Assembly: GCA_002269645.1 (NCBI GenBank)
Contig: NIVC01002629.1
Span: 1-64,000, forward strand
Length of the DNA: 64,000 nucleotides
Reading direction: 5' to 3'
Source of the DNA: Macrostomum lignano
Taxonomy: Eukaryota
Part shown: one piece after another, positions 10,432-35,814 of the stretch
Layout of the letters: every line of letters starts with the position of its first letter
How positions within the stretch are numbered: position 1 is the stretch's first letter
Notes under the pieces: model-generated
The model's database searches: none
What the model saw: only the letters and a program-made list of their open reading frames with translations
What the model was told of the DNA's origin: nothing
Made by a program: the position numbers and the translations under genes

Positions 10432-11024
10432 GAGCGGAAGAATTCAAGATGCTAACGATTTAAATTTGCTAATATTTTCAATACAGCCTACTGGTAGTAG
10501 AATGGCAAGCTCTTCAACTTTGTCTGATTAATTGATAAAGTTTTAATGGAGAAGGATATCTCGCAATGAGTTTATCATTGCAATTGCAAATTTCTTGATT
10601 CTACAAAAAGTACACATTGTCGTATGTTTTCGAGTTATCATGCTTGTTAGACATTTTACTTTGTCTTTTGCCAGGTCTTAACACTCACATCACATCAACT
10701 TGTAATTGAAAGTCGCTATGCCCCTGGCCCTCTGCAGAGTTCTAGCTTGCCTTGCTGTACATTTATCTGCCCTCACAGGTCACAAAATCCACTCGTATAA
10801 TTAAACAGAAGATAGTGGTCTAAGTGGACGTTATTTCGTTCACTTTTTTTCTTATCTTCATATTCATATTTAGGTGCAGCAAATTTTGTTTCACTATTTT
10901 CCTCTTCATTTCAATTCAACTCATTGTTCTTTTTTAGGATCTGGCTGGCGTCTGTTTGATATACATGAAGTAGAAACAGGATTAGAATTAGAAACGAGCT
11001 GCCACAGCACATCACAGCAAAGCA

Positions 11025-11140
11025 ATAGCACAGCACAGCACAGCACAGCACAGCACAGCACAGCACAGCACAGCAAAGCACAGCACAGCACAGCACAGCA
11101 CAGAACATCACATCACAGCACAGCACATCACAGTCACAGG
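11025..11140. repeat. (CAGCA)n pentanucleotide microsatellite
   Basis: Run of CACAG/CAGCA with degenerate edges. Confidence 0.92.
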
Positions 11141-12493
11141 TCACAGCATGTGATGTGCTGTGATATGATGTGCTGTGCTGTGCTTGTTTTATATCTTGAT
11201 GTTAATCGTTTTGCAGTTCGTTAATAAAAAAACTCCAATTTCCAATAAAGTGAAATTTTGAAGCAATTAAAAATCTCAGCAGGATATCAAAATGCAAAAT
11301 TTGGCTTCGGCCAGGAATCTGAATTTGTATAATTGTCACATTTACAATATCTGAATCATTTAACATCACTTGACCAGAAAAGCCCAGACCTCCCAAAGCA
11401 AGAGTAGACAGAAAATTTGTTTTGTTAATGTGTACAGCTGCTTCTATTGCACTTGAGCTGCCTTTTTTGCTAAAGAATTTTATCCAGACTATAAGCTAAA
11501 TCTTACAAACTTAGAGAAACATGTTAGCAAATTAATTTTTTAGAACCAACAGTTGAAACAGATAAGGAAAAGTTCGGGCCCATCACGCAAGGCGTGGAAT
11601 GGTCCTGTCGTGACTTGTTAACAAAGAAGGCAATAAAATCTCAACCCCTTCTTCCCGCCCCGCCTCAAACTTAATGGTTGTAGTTTGGTTTAATCGTTCA
11701 GTCGCCCCCCCCCGAGACCCCCCACAGTGCCAACCAGCCAAGCAGTCACACCACCACCACCCACCCCAACTCACACCATTCCAAAGGACCCCCTGTCCGC
11801 TTAAGCATTCAAACAAAATCAAGGCGCCCGAGTGATTTATCTAAAACGGAAGGCTTTGTCCCAATTCATGCAAACTAAGGCTGAACAAAGACGCAATTTT
11901 ATTTAGCAAGCCATAAAAACGATTCGGTAAACTTTATGACACTATAGCGTAGAAATTTATAATTAAGAACATGTGGATTTGTTCTACTTCGGTTGGCAAA
12001 TTGATGATATAGGAATTGCAAAGCCAAAAATATACAGGCGATGTGTTGCTGCACCGAGCACCGCAGGCAGGCAAACGGTGCGCGACTCGAAATTAGTTAT
12101 CATTCGCCTTAAATCATGTTCTTTTAATTTGCACCGGTACAGAAGTTTCAAAGTCAGCAAACTTTGAAAGTTTTCTAGTTTTTTAGTTTTCAGGCTTAAT
12201 TTTTCTGAAATCTATCGCATACCTACCCACATACATACAGACAACTCATTTTTAGTATATTGGATATACATTGCAAAATCCCGTTTTTTTCGATCCTATG
12301 ATTTAATCCCGGAATTTGGCCAATCTCAGGATTGCAATCCCTAGGCCTAAGTGAGTAAGTCTATAGACCAAAACAACAGCTTTCCGGACTTTTCAATGAA
12401 TGAATTCAAGTTTACTTTCGCAAGTTATTGTTTTGTTAGTGAACTTTGACTCTATGAGTAGGAAAAGAATCTTGGGATTCACATTTTTAGCAT

Positions 12494-13343
12494 TTGACAG
12501 CTGACAATATTTGACTGCTGACAATTTGACTGCTGACAATTTGAATGCTGACAATTTGACTGCTGACAATTTGACTGCTGACAATTTGAATGCTGACAAT
12601 TTGACTGCTGACAATTTGACTGCTGACAATTTGACTGCTGACAATTTGACTGCTGACAATTTGACTGCTGACAATATTTGACTGCTGACAATCAGTGACA
12701 ATTTGACTGCTGACAATCAGTGACAATTTGACTGCTGACAATCAGTGACAATTTGACTGCTGACAATCAGTGACAATTTGACTGCTGACAATTTGACTGC
12801 TGACAATTTGACTTGCTGACAATTTGACTGCTGACAATTTGACTGCTGACAATTTGACTGCTGACAATTTGACTTGCTGACAATTTGACTGCTGACAATT
12901 TGACTGCTGACAATTTGACTGCTGACAATTTGACTGCTGACAATTTGACTGCTGACAATTTGACTGCTGACAATTTGACTGCTGACAATTTGACTGCTGA
13001 CAATTTGACTGCTGACAATCAGTGACAATTTGACTGCTGACAATCAGTGACAATTTGACTGCTGACAATTTGACTGCTGACAATTTGACTGCTGACAATT
13101 TGACTGCTGACAATCAGTGACAATTTGACTGCTGACAATCAGTGACAATTTGACTGCTGACAATCAGTGACAATTTGACTGCTGACAATTTGACTGCTGA
13201 CAATCAGTGACAATTTGACTGCTGACAATTTGACTGCTGACAATCAGTGACAATTTGACTGCTGACAATTTGACTGCTGACAATCAGTGACAATTTGACT
13301 GCTGACAATCAGTGACAATTTGACTGCTGACAATTTGACTGCT
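12494..13343. repeat. 15-bp minisatellite
   Basis: Unit GCTGACAATTTGACT with CAATCAGTGA variants. Confidence 0.96.
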
Positions 13344-14768
13344 TTTTTCAAACCCACTAAATCGGGGATTCACGACGGATCCCAGACTTTGTACGCACAA
13401 GTACGCAGAGAGCAGAAGGACAGCACTTAGTCCTCATGGGTGGGGAACTCAGCTGCTCCTCTTCATCCCACCAAGAAAGAAAATTACTACAATACTGCAA
13501 AGTCAATTCTCTAGGAACACAAGAGAAAATTTGTCATCAGGGACCAAATATTATTAAAGTTGCAAAGCAACAATTCGATAAGCTTACACAGGTAAGCCCG
13601 AGTGTTTGTGCTACCTCGCGGAAAAGTTCTGTGACATGAAAACGCCGAAACAAAAAGTCTAAACTAAACTCAAATAATACAGAGCAGGCCTTTGTATTTG
13701 TATATAATATTGTCCAATAGGGGCAGCCGCACTGCTGCATCACAAACTGCTAAATAAAAAGTCAATAATATTAGAAGCGGGACAGTGTGAATCAGTGAAT
13801 GGTATTACATGTGACACGGAGACATCTTGATAGGTCGCGCGATCGCTAGGGAGAGGAGAGGATTAACAATTAGTTAAATCCAAAATAACAAATAAACAAG
13901 AGGTACTATTTGAAAAGTTTAGAAAACCGAGTTTGAACTGACCCTTGCCTTGTCTGACTAGCACTACTATTAGTACTATTAGTTTCTTGCATTGTCACTC
14001 ACTGGGACTGAACAGAAAAGATTTCTAGTCTACAAAAAACACTTGCTACTTATCGCATCCTAATGTGTCTACTGTCAGGCGCATAGAACGAATATTTTCT
14101 ATCTCTGTGCGGAGAGTTAAACAGAATTTACAAGTTGAGTGCGAATTCGAGATACTGGCACTATACGCTTATAGTTACAGATACATAGTCTCTTTCGAAT
14201 ACTAAAGGATTGAAATAATACAACGGCAAAGTACTTTTGCTTACTAATAGTTACTATCTCGATAACGTACGCGCAGTTAACACAGGTGTGTGGGGAGGGG
14301 GCTGCTGTGGGGGCTCTGACAACACGTGGCACGGGCAGTACAGTAAAGCGGGTAATTAATCCAATTAGCGAGTTAATCTCCAGACTACAGCAATGAGTAT
14401 TCGATAACAATAATAAATCAAATATAGCGGAGTGGAGTATATATATAGTAATAAACATTAAACACATGCGAAAAAAACTGATTCGAACTCGCGACCTCCT
14501 GATTTCCTCGCCTCCCAAGCACAAGGAAATGCTTAAAAAGACAAGCAACATGACTGGGGGAGCCGCGACAGACTCGGCCAGTCGAGAGCAGACAAGTCAG
14601 TTTCTGCTTCTAAAAGCAGTTGAATCAAAAGTAGAACAAAAAACAAAGTGACACAAATTAATAAATAAACAAACGGGAATAAACGGGACAGAAACTGACG
14701 CGAAATCACCAGATCCGAGCGCGGGGGTCAGAGAGTCAGCGAGCTCAGCAAACTGGCTGCCAGTCCGG

Positions 14769-26855
<12,087 letters not shown>

Positions 26856-28570
26856 CTGGGAGAAATGGGATGGGGTGGGGGATTACTGTTGCACTGTCGC
26901 CAACATCATTTGAGCAACTGAAATTTATAACTGAGTTCAAGATGTGGGAAATTTCTAACTTAGGGCCTACTGGGCACCATGTGTTTGAGTAGGTCTATGA
27001 TGGTAAATTTAAACACAAAAATTCCTTACAGCTCTTACATAAATGTTACTATTGAAATCAGTTAGTTGCAGTTTCAAGAAGTTTGACCTATTATATCAGG
27101 AAGGTAGTGGTCCATTTGCATTAGGGAAGTTGATCCTAAGATCCCAGGATTTTCTTGGCCTTTAAATCTAGGTTATCCTGGGAAACCCTGAAACTAACCT
27201 ACAAGATCCCAGGAACATTCTAAGATTAAAAAAACTAGGATTATATGACCCTAGTGATCAGAAGACTTTAGGATTTTGGAATCCTTAGTCATGTGTCTAA
27301 CACTTGTAAGCATACTATATAAAGGCCAAACAGGATTAAATTCTTTGGAATGGGTAGAGGAGATCTTCATTTTTTGCTTGGATTATAAGATTTTAAGATT
27401 GAGATTTAGATTCTATCTTGTCTCTAGTATACTAGCACTTAAATTTTACCTTGTTGATCTAATGTCATGTTTAGCCAAAAATGTTATTGCTGCTATAATA
27501 TATTAATTTACACCTTAATTTAGGCCCAATCTCTAGATGTTCTAGTGATATATATCTATATCTTATTGTAAATATATGTTATGTAGCCTTTTCTTCTATT
27601 TTGTCTTACTTTTTCCTATTAAATAAAATACAATATATCAAAAACTATCTTTTTTCAATACTAGATAAAGAAGATCCCAATCCTGTTCTTTCTGATCTTA
27701 AAATTGATCTTATATAACCTATACCTTGCAACTTGCTTTTGCCTTTTAAATCAATGTTATTCTAAGACCAAAGTAATAATAAAATATAGCAATAATGTAC
27801 AACTTTTATAGTTCAATATTTATTATTATTATTATTATATATATGCCATATTATTGATAGCTAGATCAATCATTACCTTATGAATATTAATTTGGTAATC
27901 AATGATGATATTTTTATAAAGAAAAATACTTTTATATTAGATGAACTTTCTTTTATATATAAATTTGACAACTAAACATTTAATAGACTATTATATATCT
28001 TTTTAATTTTTGCTTTTTAAACCTTCTTACTTTAACTTTTTTGCCTTTTCCTATACCTTTCAAACAATAACACATTTTTTCAAATAGTTTCTTTGTTGAG
28101 CAAAATAAATAAAGCCAAAATGGTAACTGAAGGCTTATAACCCTTTTTAACCATAATTTAATTGCAGGTATATTTGTTTTGCTTTGCTATAAATTTGTTT
28201 TTGAATATCACGTTATTGTATCTCTAATTCAATATTCAATATTTTAATTAAATATTAAGACAAAGAGTATAAGCAAACAAAAAATTATTATTTTTTATTG
28301 TTAGATTATTCTTTTAACTTTTTTTGCATTTGTTCCATATATTTTTTTGCAAATATAAATTTCTCTACCTATATTAAGGATATTAATATTATATATATTA
28401 AATTAAATGTATCTTTTAAAGAATATATAATGTAGCCTAATAATCAAACATTCATATTTTAGTTCTGAAACCCAGCACAGAAATAAACTACTGTATAGTA
28501 TATCACCAAGACATAGTTGGAGCTTAAAAGGTTGTTTTCTATTTTTATTTGAAAATTTACAGATACTCAC

Positions 28571-28631
28571 CATCTGAAGGATCACTCTTTTTCGACTGTT
28601 GGGTATTCCCCAGTTTTCGAATAATATTCAT
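28571..28631 (-). CDS. PRKACA: Alternative PKA-C N-terminal exon A (MNIIRKLGNTQQSKKSDPSD)
   Basis: AAAATG start and G|GTGAGT donor. The phase-1 end gives GTC=Val with the common exon. GNxxxxKK aligns with the canonical MGNAAAAKK. Confidence 0.75.
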
Positions 28632-30804
28632 TTTACGCTCACTCTCTTTTTAACTTCAATGCCAAAAGACTAACCAAAATAACTTTGATATGTTTGAAAG
28701 TCAGCGATAATATCTAATTCAGTAGGAACAGTGGGACAGGGAGCTGTGAAAGACCTCGTACAGTAACTTTTATTCACCCCTTGCTTGGTTGGATTGGAGG
28801 ACGATTCTACGGAAATTAGAATTTTCGTGCTTTTCGAATTCGCGCCAAAAATGCAGCGACTCAAAATACAGCATATATTTTAACAAGTAACATGTGTGGA
28901 ATGTTTCTGATAATTTTTTTAAGACTAAGACAGAAGGCATTTTTTGCAAATAATTCCGATCTTTGATTTCTGCTCTGTCCCATTAACGTTTGACTATCAT
29001 GTTTTATACAGCGTTTGTGAGTTATGACTCTATGAGCAAGGACGACTTATACATGTAGGTAGGTTAATGAATGACATATTTTTTTAAATTAAAACTTAAA
29101 ACGAAAAATAATGATTTTAACGACCATTTTAAATTAATTAAAATACATAGCTTCACAACTTTATCGTTCAAGACAAAACCACTGAATACTTTTCACCCAA
29201 GGACCTGGACTAGAAGATAATCTAACCGCAAGCGTCCCACTTTCGCCCCTCTGTGTGAACTGTTTTTTGAACATTAAATGCCCCCATAAACAACGCCACG
29301 GACCCCACGGACCACGATCGACGTCCTTGTTGTTGTAACAGCATCGTACGTAGCTCGTAAGATCGTCACCTGTGGCGGGGTTGGTGTGCAGCCAGTCTTC
29401 CAAGGACAGGGCGGAGGGTCTGGTAAGAGATGAACAAGGAGGTAGTACAAGGAATCAATTAAATATCGCGACACTATCACTCGCGATAGGACGGAAATCA
29501 TTCGGAAGAAACCCTAGCTATGCCTCATCACTCCTGGCATTCAGTGTCAATTTATCCGTCTCGCCCCAATCTGGGCTCCGACTTGGACTGAGGAGAGCAG
29601 AGAGCAAGAAGAATATTGAGTTGCAGCTCCCCAAGGAGGCATCCTTTCGCGTCAGTCTTTGCAAATGCTCTGTTTTATATTACTCCCTTGCCAACGATGA
29701 CTTCCCCGGCCTCCCCTGCGGCTGGCTGACGGGCATTTTAATTTCCCCGCAGTCTCTCTGATTAGGGCCTCGCCGTTCCGAGCCCCACGGGATTGAGCTG
29801 GAATCGACTGTGGGACAGTGGGGGCTGGGCGTTTGAGATATGAGAGAGCCTGGGATCGCCCGCATGGCTGTTTATGGAATGGGGAATTGGAGACGCTGCC
29901 CCCTGCCATGGCCTCAACTGACAGTTGCGCCCTGCCTCTCTCCTCATCTCTATCCTGTGCCCTCCAGCCTGCAGTAGCGCCACATGCCCAATGTCTGCAA
30001 TGTGCTGTCTTTATTTTATCCATAGCGGCTCTGCGTCTGACTGCGTATTGATCTGCAGGGAGCATGTTTTGCTTTTTGCCTGCCTGCCTCTCAGCCACGC
30101 TTGGCTGACAAAACCTCGCTGCTGCATACGGAAGTGCTCGCGTGGCGATGAAGCGAGCAGTGCCAGCTGCATCTAGTGTCTATCAACCCCTCTCTATTGG
30201 GAGCGTTCATTGATAAAACGATTCCAAAAAAGAGGATTTCTAGTGACGGGATGAGAGAGACGTCTGTGCATGCCCAGATCATCGGCAGCATGCAGAGAAA
30301 GACTTCGAGTCACGCACCCGGCGACCCCACGCCACGCCATGGGTGGCCACGCCTGAATCGTGCGTGTCTGCGCGCATCCAGCTAAACCGCCTGTCAGCCC
30401 GGCCGGGGAACGGCTGGCTGCAGAACCGAGCAAATAAAAAGAGAGGGCAGACAGGCTTGTCAAAATCCATTGGGCTGGACAGAGCAAATAACGAATTTAT
30501 CCCAGTTGGTCAGGGGAAATCCTACTTGACTCTGTCTTTAGATATACTCAGATAACTCACGGGCGTATTAGGCACTTGGTATGAGCTAGCTGAGAAAGCT
30601 CAGCTCTGCCTACATCCAATTGTATGAAGATGATTGACAAGTGAATCGCTTCGGGTCAAGTGTACTATCAACGCTGCACCACTGCCGAAGGCTCAATTCA
30701 GCTAATTAATGTGACGGAATAGCAATAATATTCAAGCTGGGATGATGACTCTCTGAGACAATAATCTGATGAGATTTGCCTTCACCGTGATTAGCAATAT
30801 GAGC

Positions 30805-32617
30805 GGAGACACTGCAATGTGAACTGACACAGCAGAGGCCACACTGCAATGTGAACTGACACAGCAGAGGCTACACTGCAATGTGAACTGACACAGCAGA
30901 GGCCACACTGCAATGTGAACTGACACAGCAGAGGCTACACTGCAATGTGAACTGACACAGCAGAGGCTACACTGCAATGTGAACTGACACAGCAGAGGCT
31001 ACACTGCAATGTGAACTGACACAGCAGAGGCCACACTGCAATGTGAACTGACACAGCAGAGGCTACACTGCAATGTGAACTGACACAGCAGAGGCCACAC
31101 TGCAATGTGAACTGACACAGCAGAGGCTACACTGCAATGTGAACTGACACAGCAGAGGCTACACTGCAATGTGAACTGACACAGCAGAGGCTACACTGCA
31201 ATGTGAACTGACACAGCAGAGGCCACACTGCAATGTGAACTGACACAGCAGAGGCTACACTGCAATGTGAACTGACACAGCACAGACGACACTGCAATGT
31301 GAACTGACACAGCAGAGGCCACACTGCAATGTGAACTGACACAGCAGAGGCCACACTGCAATGTGAACTGACACAGCAGAGGCTACACTGCAATGTGAAC
31401 TGACACAGCAGAGGCTACACTGCAATGTGAACTGACACAGCAGAGGCCACACTGCAATGTGAACTGACACAGCAGAGGCCACACTGCAATGTGAACTGAC
31501 ACAGCAGAGGCCACACTGCAATGTGAACTGACACAGCACAGACGACACTGCAATGTGAACTGACACAGCACAGACGACACTGCAATGTGAACTGACACAG
31601 CACAGACGACACTGCAATGTGAACTGACACAGCAGAGGCCACACTGCAATATGAACTGACACAGCAGAGGCCACACTGCAATGTGAACTGACACAGCAGA
31701 GGCCACACTGCAATGTGAACTGACACAGCAGAGGCTACACTGCAATGTGAACTGACACAGCAGAGGCCACACTGCAATGTGAACTGACACAGCAGAGGCC
31801 ACACTGCAATGTGAACTGACACAGCAGAGGCTACACTGCAATGTGAACTGACACAGCAGAGGCCACACTGCAATGTGAACTGACACAGCAGAGGCCACAC
31901 TGCAATGTGAACTGACACAGCGGAGGCCACACTGCAATGTGAACTGACACAGCAGAGGCCACACTGCAATGTGAACTGACACAGCAGAGGCCACACTGCA
32001 ATGTGAACTGACACAGCGGAGGCCACACTGCAATGTGAACTGACACAGCGGAGGCTACACTGCAATGTGAACTGACACAGCGGAGGCCACACAGCAATGT
32101 GAACTGACACAGCAGAGGCCACACTGCAATGTGAACTGATACAGCGGAGGCCACACTGCAATGTGAACTGACACAGCAGAGGCCACACTGCAATGTGAAC
32201 TGACACAGCGGAGGCTACACTGCAATGTGAACTGACACAGCAGAGGCCACACTGCAATGTGAACTGACACAGCAGAGGCCCCACTGCAATGTGAACTGAC
32301 ACAGCGGAGGCCACACTGCAATGTGAACTGACACAGCGGAGGCTACACTGCAATGTGAACTGACACAGCGGAGGCCACACTGCAATGTGAACTGACACAG
32401 CGGAGGCTACACTGCAATGTGAACTGACACAGCGGAGGCCACACAGCAATGTGAACTGACACAGCAGAGGCCACACTGCAATGTGAACTGATACAGCGGA
32501 GGCCACACTGCAATGTGAACTGACACAGCAGAGGCCACACTGCAATGTGAACTGACACAGCGGAGGCCACACTGCAATGTGAACTGATACAGCGGAGGCC
32601 ACACTGCAATGTGAACA
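30805..32617. repeat. 32-bp minisatellite
   Basis: Unit ACACTGCAATGTGAACTGACACAGCAGAGGCC. Confidence 0.97.
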
Positions 32618-33049
32618 CTATGCGCGTAAACACACTAGTGATAAATGGACATCTGATTGAAGTCCCATTCTAAGGCTAATATATGACACAGACTCCTGCG
32701 CTATCGTTAATCCGATTAATATGCGGCCACAAAGCCACCAGGCCGCTGGGTTTATAAGATGTCGCACTGAGGCCCATCACTGCATCGGACATTGTCAGCC
32801 CGGGACAGCTGGTGCTGCACACACCGGATCTGCTGCACTTTGCTTTCGACTTGGACAGTCCATACCCAGACTCCTCTCACGGCTGGCTAGACTAAAAGCA
32901 AGCCAATCTATTCGAGCCCTCCGGCTAGCAGTAATCCTCTCCCAGCCTCTCCCAGCCTTCATCACTCATCGGTTCCGTCTCGCAGCGTCCGTCTGGGTGG
33001 GATGGCGGGCGCCAACTTTCGGACTTCTTCTTTTTCTTCTAACTCTTAC

Positions 33050-33122
33050 AGCCTGACTGCTCAGGGCTCTTTGCCGATGCCCCTTGGCTCTGAATTATGC
33101 ATGCGCAAACTCGGCCCTCCAT
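33050..33122 (-). CDS. Weak candidate PKA-C N-terminal exon (MEGRVCACIIQSQGASAKSPEQSG)
   Basis: In-frame ATG at 33122, possible internal acceptor at 33090, phase-1 donor T|GTAAGA. The donor overlaps a strong plus-strand acceptor-like tract, so it may be coincidental. Confidence 0.3.
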
Positions 33123-33598
33123 GCATGCCAGCAAACTTTCCAAATTCCAACTGATCTTTTCTACAGTAAGGTCTGCTCTGCTTTGTTCTGACACGCTTAG
33201 CAATGGGACTTGAATTGAAAATAATTACTGTTTACTGGCATTGGGCCTGTTAGGAGGCGTGGCTCACGGAAGCTGGATGGTACACAGATGAAGGTTAGGG
33301 GTTTTCTAGAGTCGAATTTAATGCAATCGGGAACCCCGGTATTTGTTTCCCTAGTAATCCTTAATCTTAAAAGTTCTTAATTTATTAAAATTTAATTGTC
33401 TTTAATTCTCTAATTCTAAAATGGAAACTTATTCTCTCTAAAGATCTGAAGTTCTGAAGATCCTGTTGGACCCATTCTAGCAATTCGTAATTAATTTTAA
33501 CAAAAAATACCTTTCTCTCAAAGCTTAACACAAAAATTATTAATATAGCCATTGTAATTATAGGAACCGCACTCGACCAAAGAGCCACTGACACTTAC

Positions 33599-33629
33599 AC
33601 CAAGACTTGACCTTGTCCTTGTCCTTCAT
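33599..33629 (-). CDS. PRKACA: Alternative PKA-C N-terminal exon B (MKDKDKVKSW)
   Basis: CTCAG|GCA ATG acceptor at 33633; perfect T|GTAAGT donor; phase 1. Confidence 0.65.
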
Positions 33630-34579
33630 TGCCTGAGCTGAGTAGGGAACAGATGTGTCAGTTGCTGTCAAACAGAAATTAGTCAGCAATGATTTTCTCT
33701 TGTTCTTTTTTCCTGACAGTCTCCGCTTGCAAGGTTTAGTTTAAATCCTTGCAGGCCTGAGGATGGACTGGGGGCGGGGAGGGGCAGGGGAAGAGGATTA
33801 GTCGCTCAGCAGCTGCGCGAGAGAGAGAGGCGTAGGAATCTGCAGTGCGGGCCGGGATTGCGGCGCTTCGGCTCAGGGAGGGGGGAGAGGAGGGAGAGGG
33901 ATGGGAGCTGCCTGAATGTGGGGCAAAAATGGTTCCTTCGCTGCTGCTGCTGCTGCTGCTGCTGCAAGTGCAGAAAGCCGTTGCAGTGCAATTCGCCCCA
34001 ACAGTTTTGGAAGTCCCGCGTCCTCGGGCTGGGCAGGATCCGGCTGGAGAGCGGAGAGACAGGCAGACAGGCAGACAGGAAACAGTAGGGAACTGAGGGC
34101 AGAGCGGCACTTTTCGAAATTTTATATTTTTTTACTATACTGACATAACTCTGTACAATATGCAGCCACTATGCTGATTGGGATCATTGTGTGTTTTACG
34201 GTCGGGGGGGGGGGCTGCCTGGCTGAGCTGGTGCAGCGGAAACTGGCGCGGGGCAGGCAGCAAGCGAGAAGATGGGGATGAAGGAGGAACGGCAGGCTCT
34301 CTATTGAAATTCACTGCGATCCCATTGCGGCATTATTTATGCAAGACTCCTCAGCGGGAAAGATGGGGATTCATTCATTCCCGGCATCGGGTGAGCTCTG
34401 GTAACTGGGATGAGAATCCACTCACTCTTCACAGTGCTGATTAAATTCTAAAATTGTCGAGTGCCTTCCAGCCAAGGTGATTTCAGGTATTGATGTACTA
34501 CTGAAAATATGGAGCTCTTATGCAAAGCTTTGAGCTCTTAGCTAGTGCTGGCCCTCTGAGGAATTTTGTGGCAACTTGG

Positions 34580-35470
34580 TGGACCAGGAAGACAGCAAAA
34601 ACCAACAGAAGGACCAGGAAAACAGTAGCCGCCAACAGAAGGACCAGACAGACAGCATCAACCGACAGAAAGACCAGACAGACAGCATCAACCGACAGAA
34701 GGACCAGGAAGACAGCATCAACCGACAGAAGGACCAGACAGACAGCATCAACCGACAGAAGGACCAGGGAGACAGCATCAACCGACAGAAGGACCAGGAA
34801 GACAGCATCAACCGACAGAAGGACCAGGAAGACAGCATCAACCGACAGAAGGACCAGACAGACAGCATCAACCGACAGAAGGACCAGACAGACAGCATCA
34901 ACCGACAGAAGGACCAGGAAGACAGCATCAACCGACAGAAGGACCAGACAGACAGCATCAACCGACAGAAGGACCAGACAGACAGCATCAACCGACAGAA
35001 GGACCAGGAAGACAGCATCAACCGACAGAAGGACCAGACAGACAGCATCAACCGACAGAAGGACCAGGGAGACAGCATCAACCGACAGAAGGACCAGACA
35101 GACAGCATCAACCGACAGAAGGACCAGGAAGACAGCATCAACCGACAGAAGGACCAGACAGACAGCATCAACCGACAGAAGGACCAGGGAGACAGCATCA
35201 ACCGACAGAAGGACCAGGAAGACAGCATCAACCGACAGAAGGACCAGGAAGACAGCATCAACCGACAGAAGGACCAGTAAGACAGCATCAACCGACAGAA
35301 GGACCAGACAGACAGCATCAACCGACAGAAGGACCAGGAAGACAGCATCAACCAACAGAAGGACCACGAAGACAGCATCAACCAACAGAAGGACCACGAA
35401 GACAGCAAAAACCAACAGAAGGACCAGGAAGACAGCAAAAACCAACAGAAGGACCAGGAAGACAGCAGCC
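34580..35470. repeat. 30-bp minisatellite
   Basis: Unit GACAGCATCAACCGACAGAAGGACCAGGAA. Confidence 0.96.
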
Positions 35471-35711
35471 GCCGGGAAACAGCAGCTCCACTACATTACT
35501 AAATTGAACTATTTTATAGTTTCAATAATGTTTAGAAGGCAGAAAACTAGTAACAGTTAAAGAGATATAATGCTCTTTTTTCAACTATTTTAATAACTTG
35601 GTTTGGTAAAATTCCGCTTAGATCCTACTACACTACTGAATCAGTCTCAGTAGCGAATGATGGCTTTTTTACGATGCTACTAAGAAGATTCTCAATTAAA
35701 AAAGCGCTTAC

Positions 35712-35814
35712 AAAACTTTTCCGCCTTCTCGGCCAGATCGATTTCGCTGTCCTCGCGGCCCTTGTGGTCCCTGCCGTGGTCCTTGCCCTCCTTGGAGAAA
35801 AATTTCAGCGGCAT
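35712..35814 (-). CDS. PRKACA: Alternative PKA-C N-terminal exon C (MPLKFFSKEGKDHGRDHKGREDSEIDLAEKAEKF)
   Basis: TTTTGCAG|GCG ATG acceptor at 35818; C/G-ending codon bias; T|GTAAGC donor; phase 1. Confidence 0.75.

Noticed and set aside
30561-30589. Candidate 29-nt PKA micro-exon with TCAG acceptor and GTGAGT donor
   Set aside because: The phase-1-ending frame contains TAG, and other frames are incompatible with the common exon.
31415-32602. Cys-rich 395-aa ORF resembling keratin-associated or metallothionein proteins
   Set aside because: Frame-rotating translation of a 32-bp DNA repeat.
34498-35560. Multiple 230-350-aa ORFs on both strands (hydrophobic or charged repeats)
   Set aside because: The 30-bp array is open in several frames at once, with no unique coding flanks.
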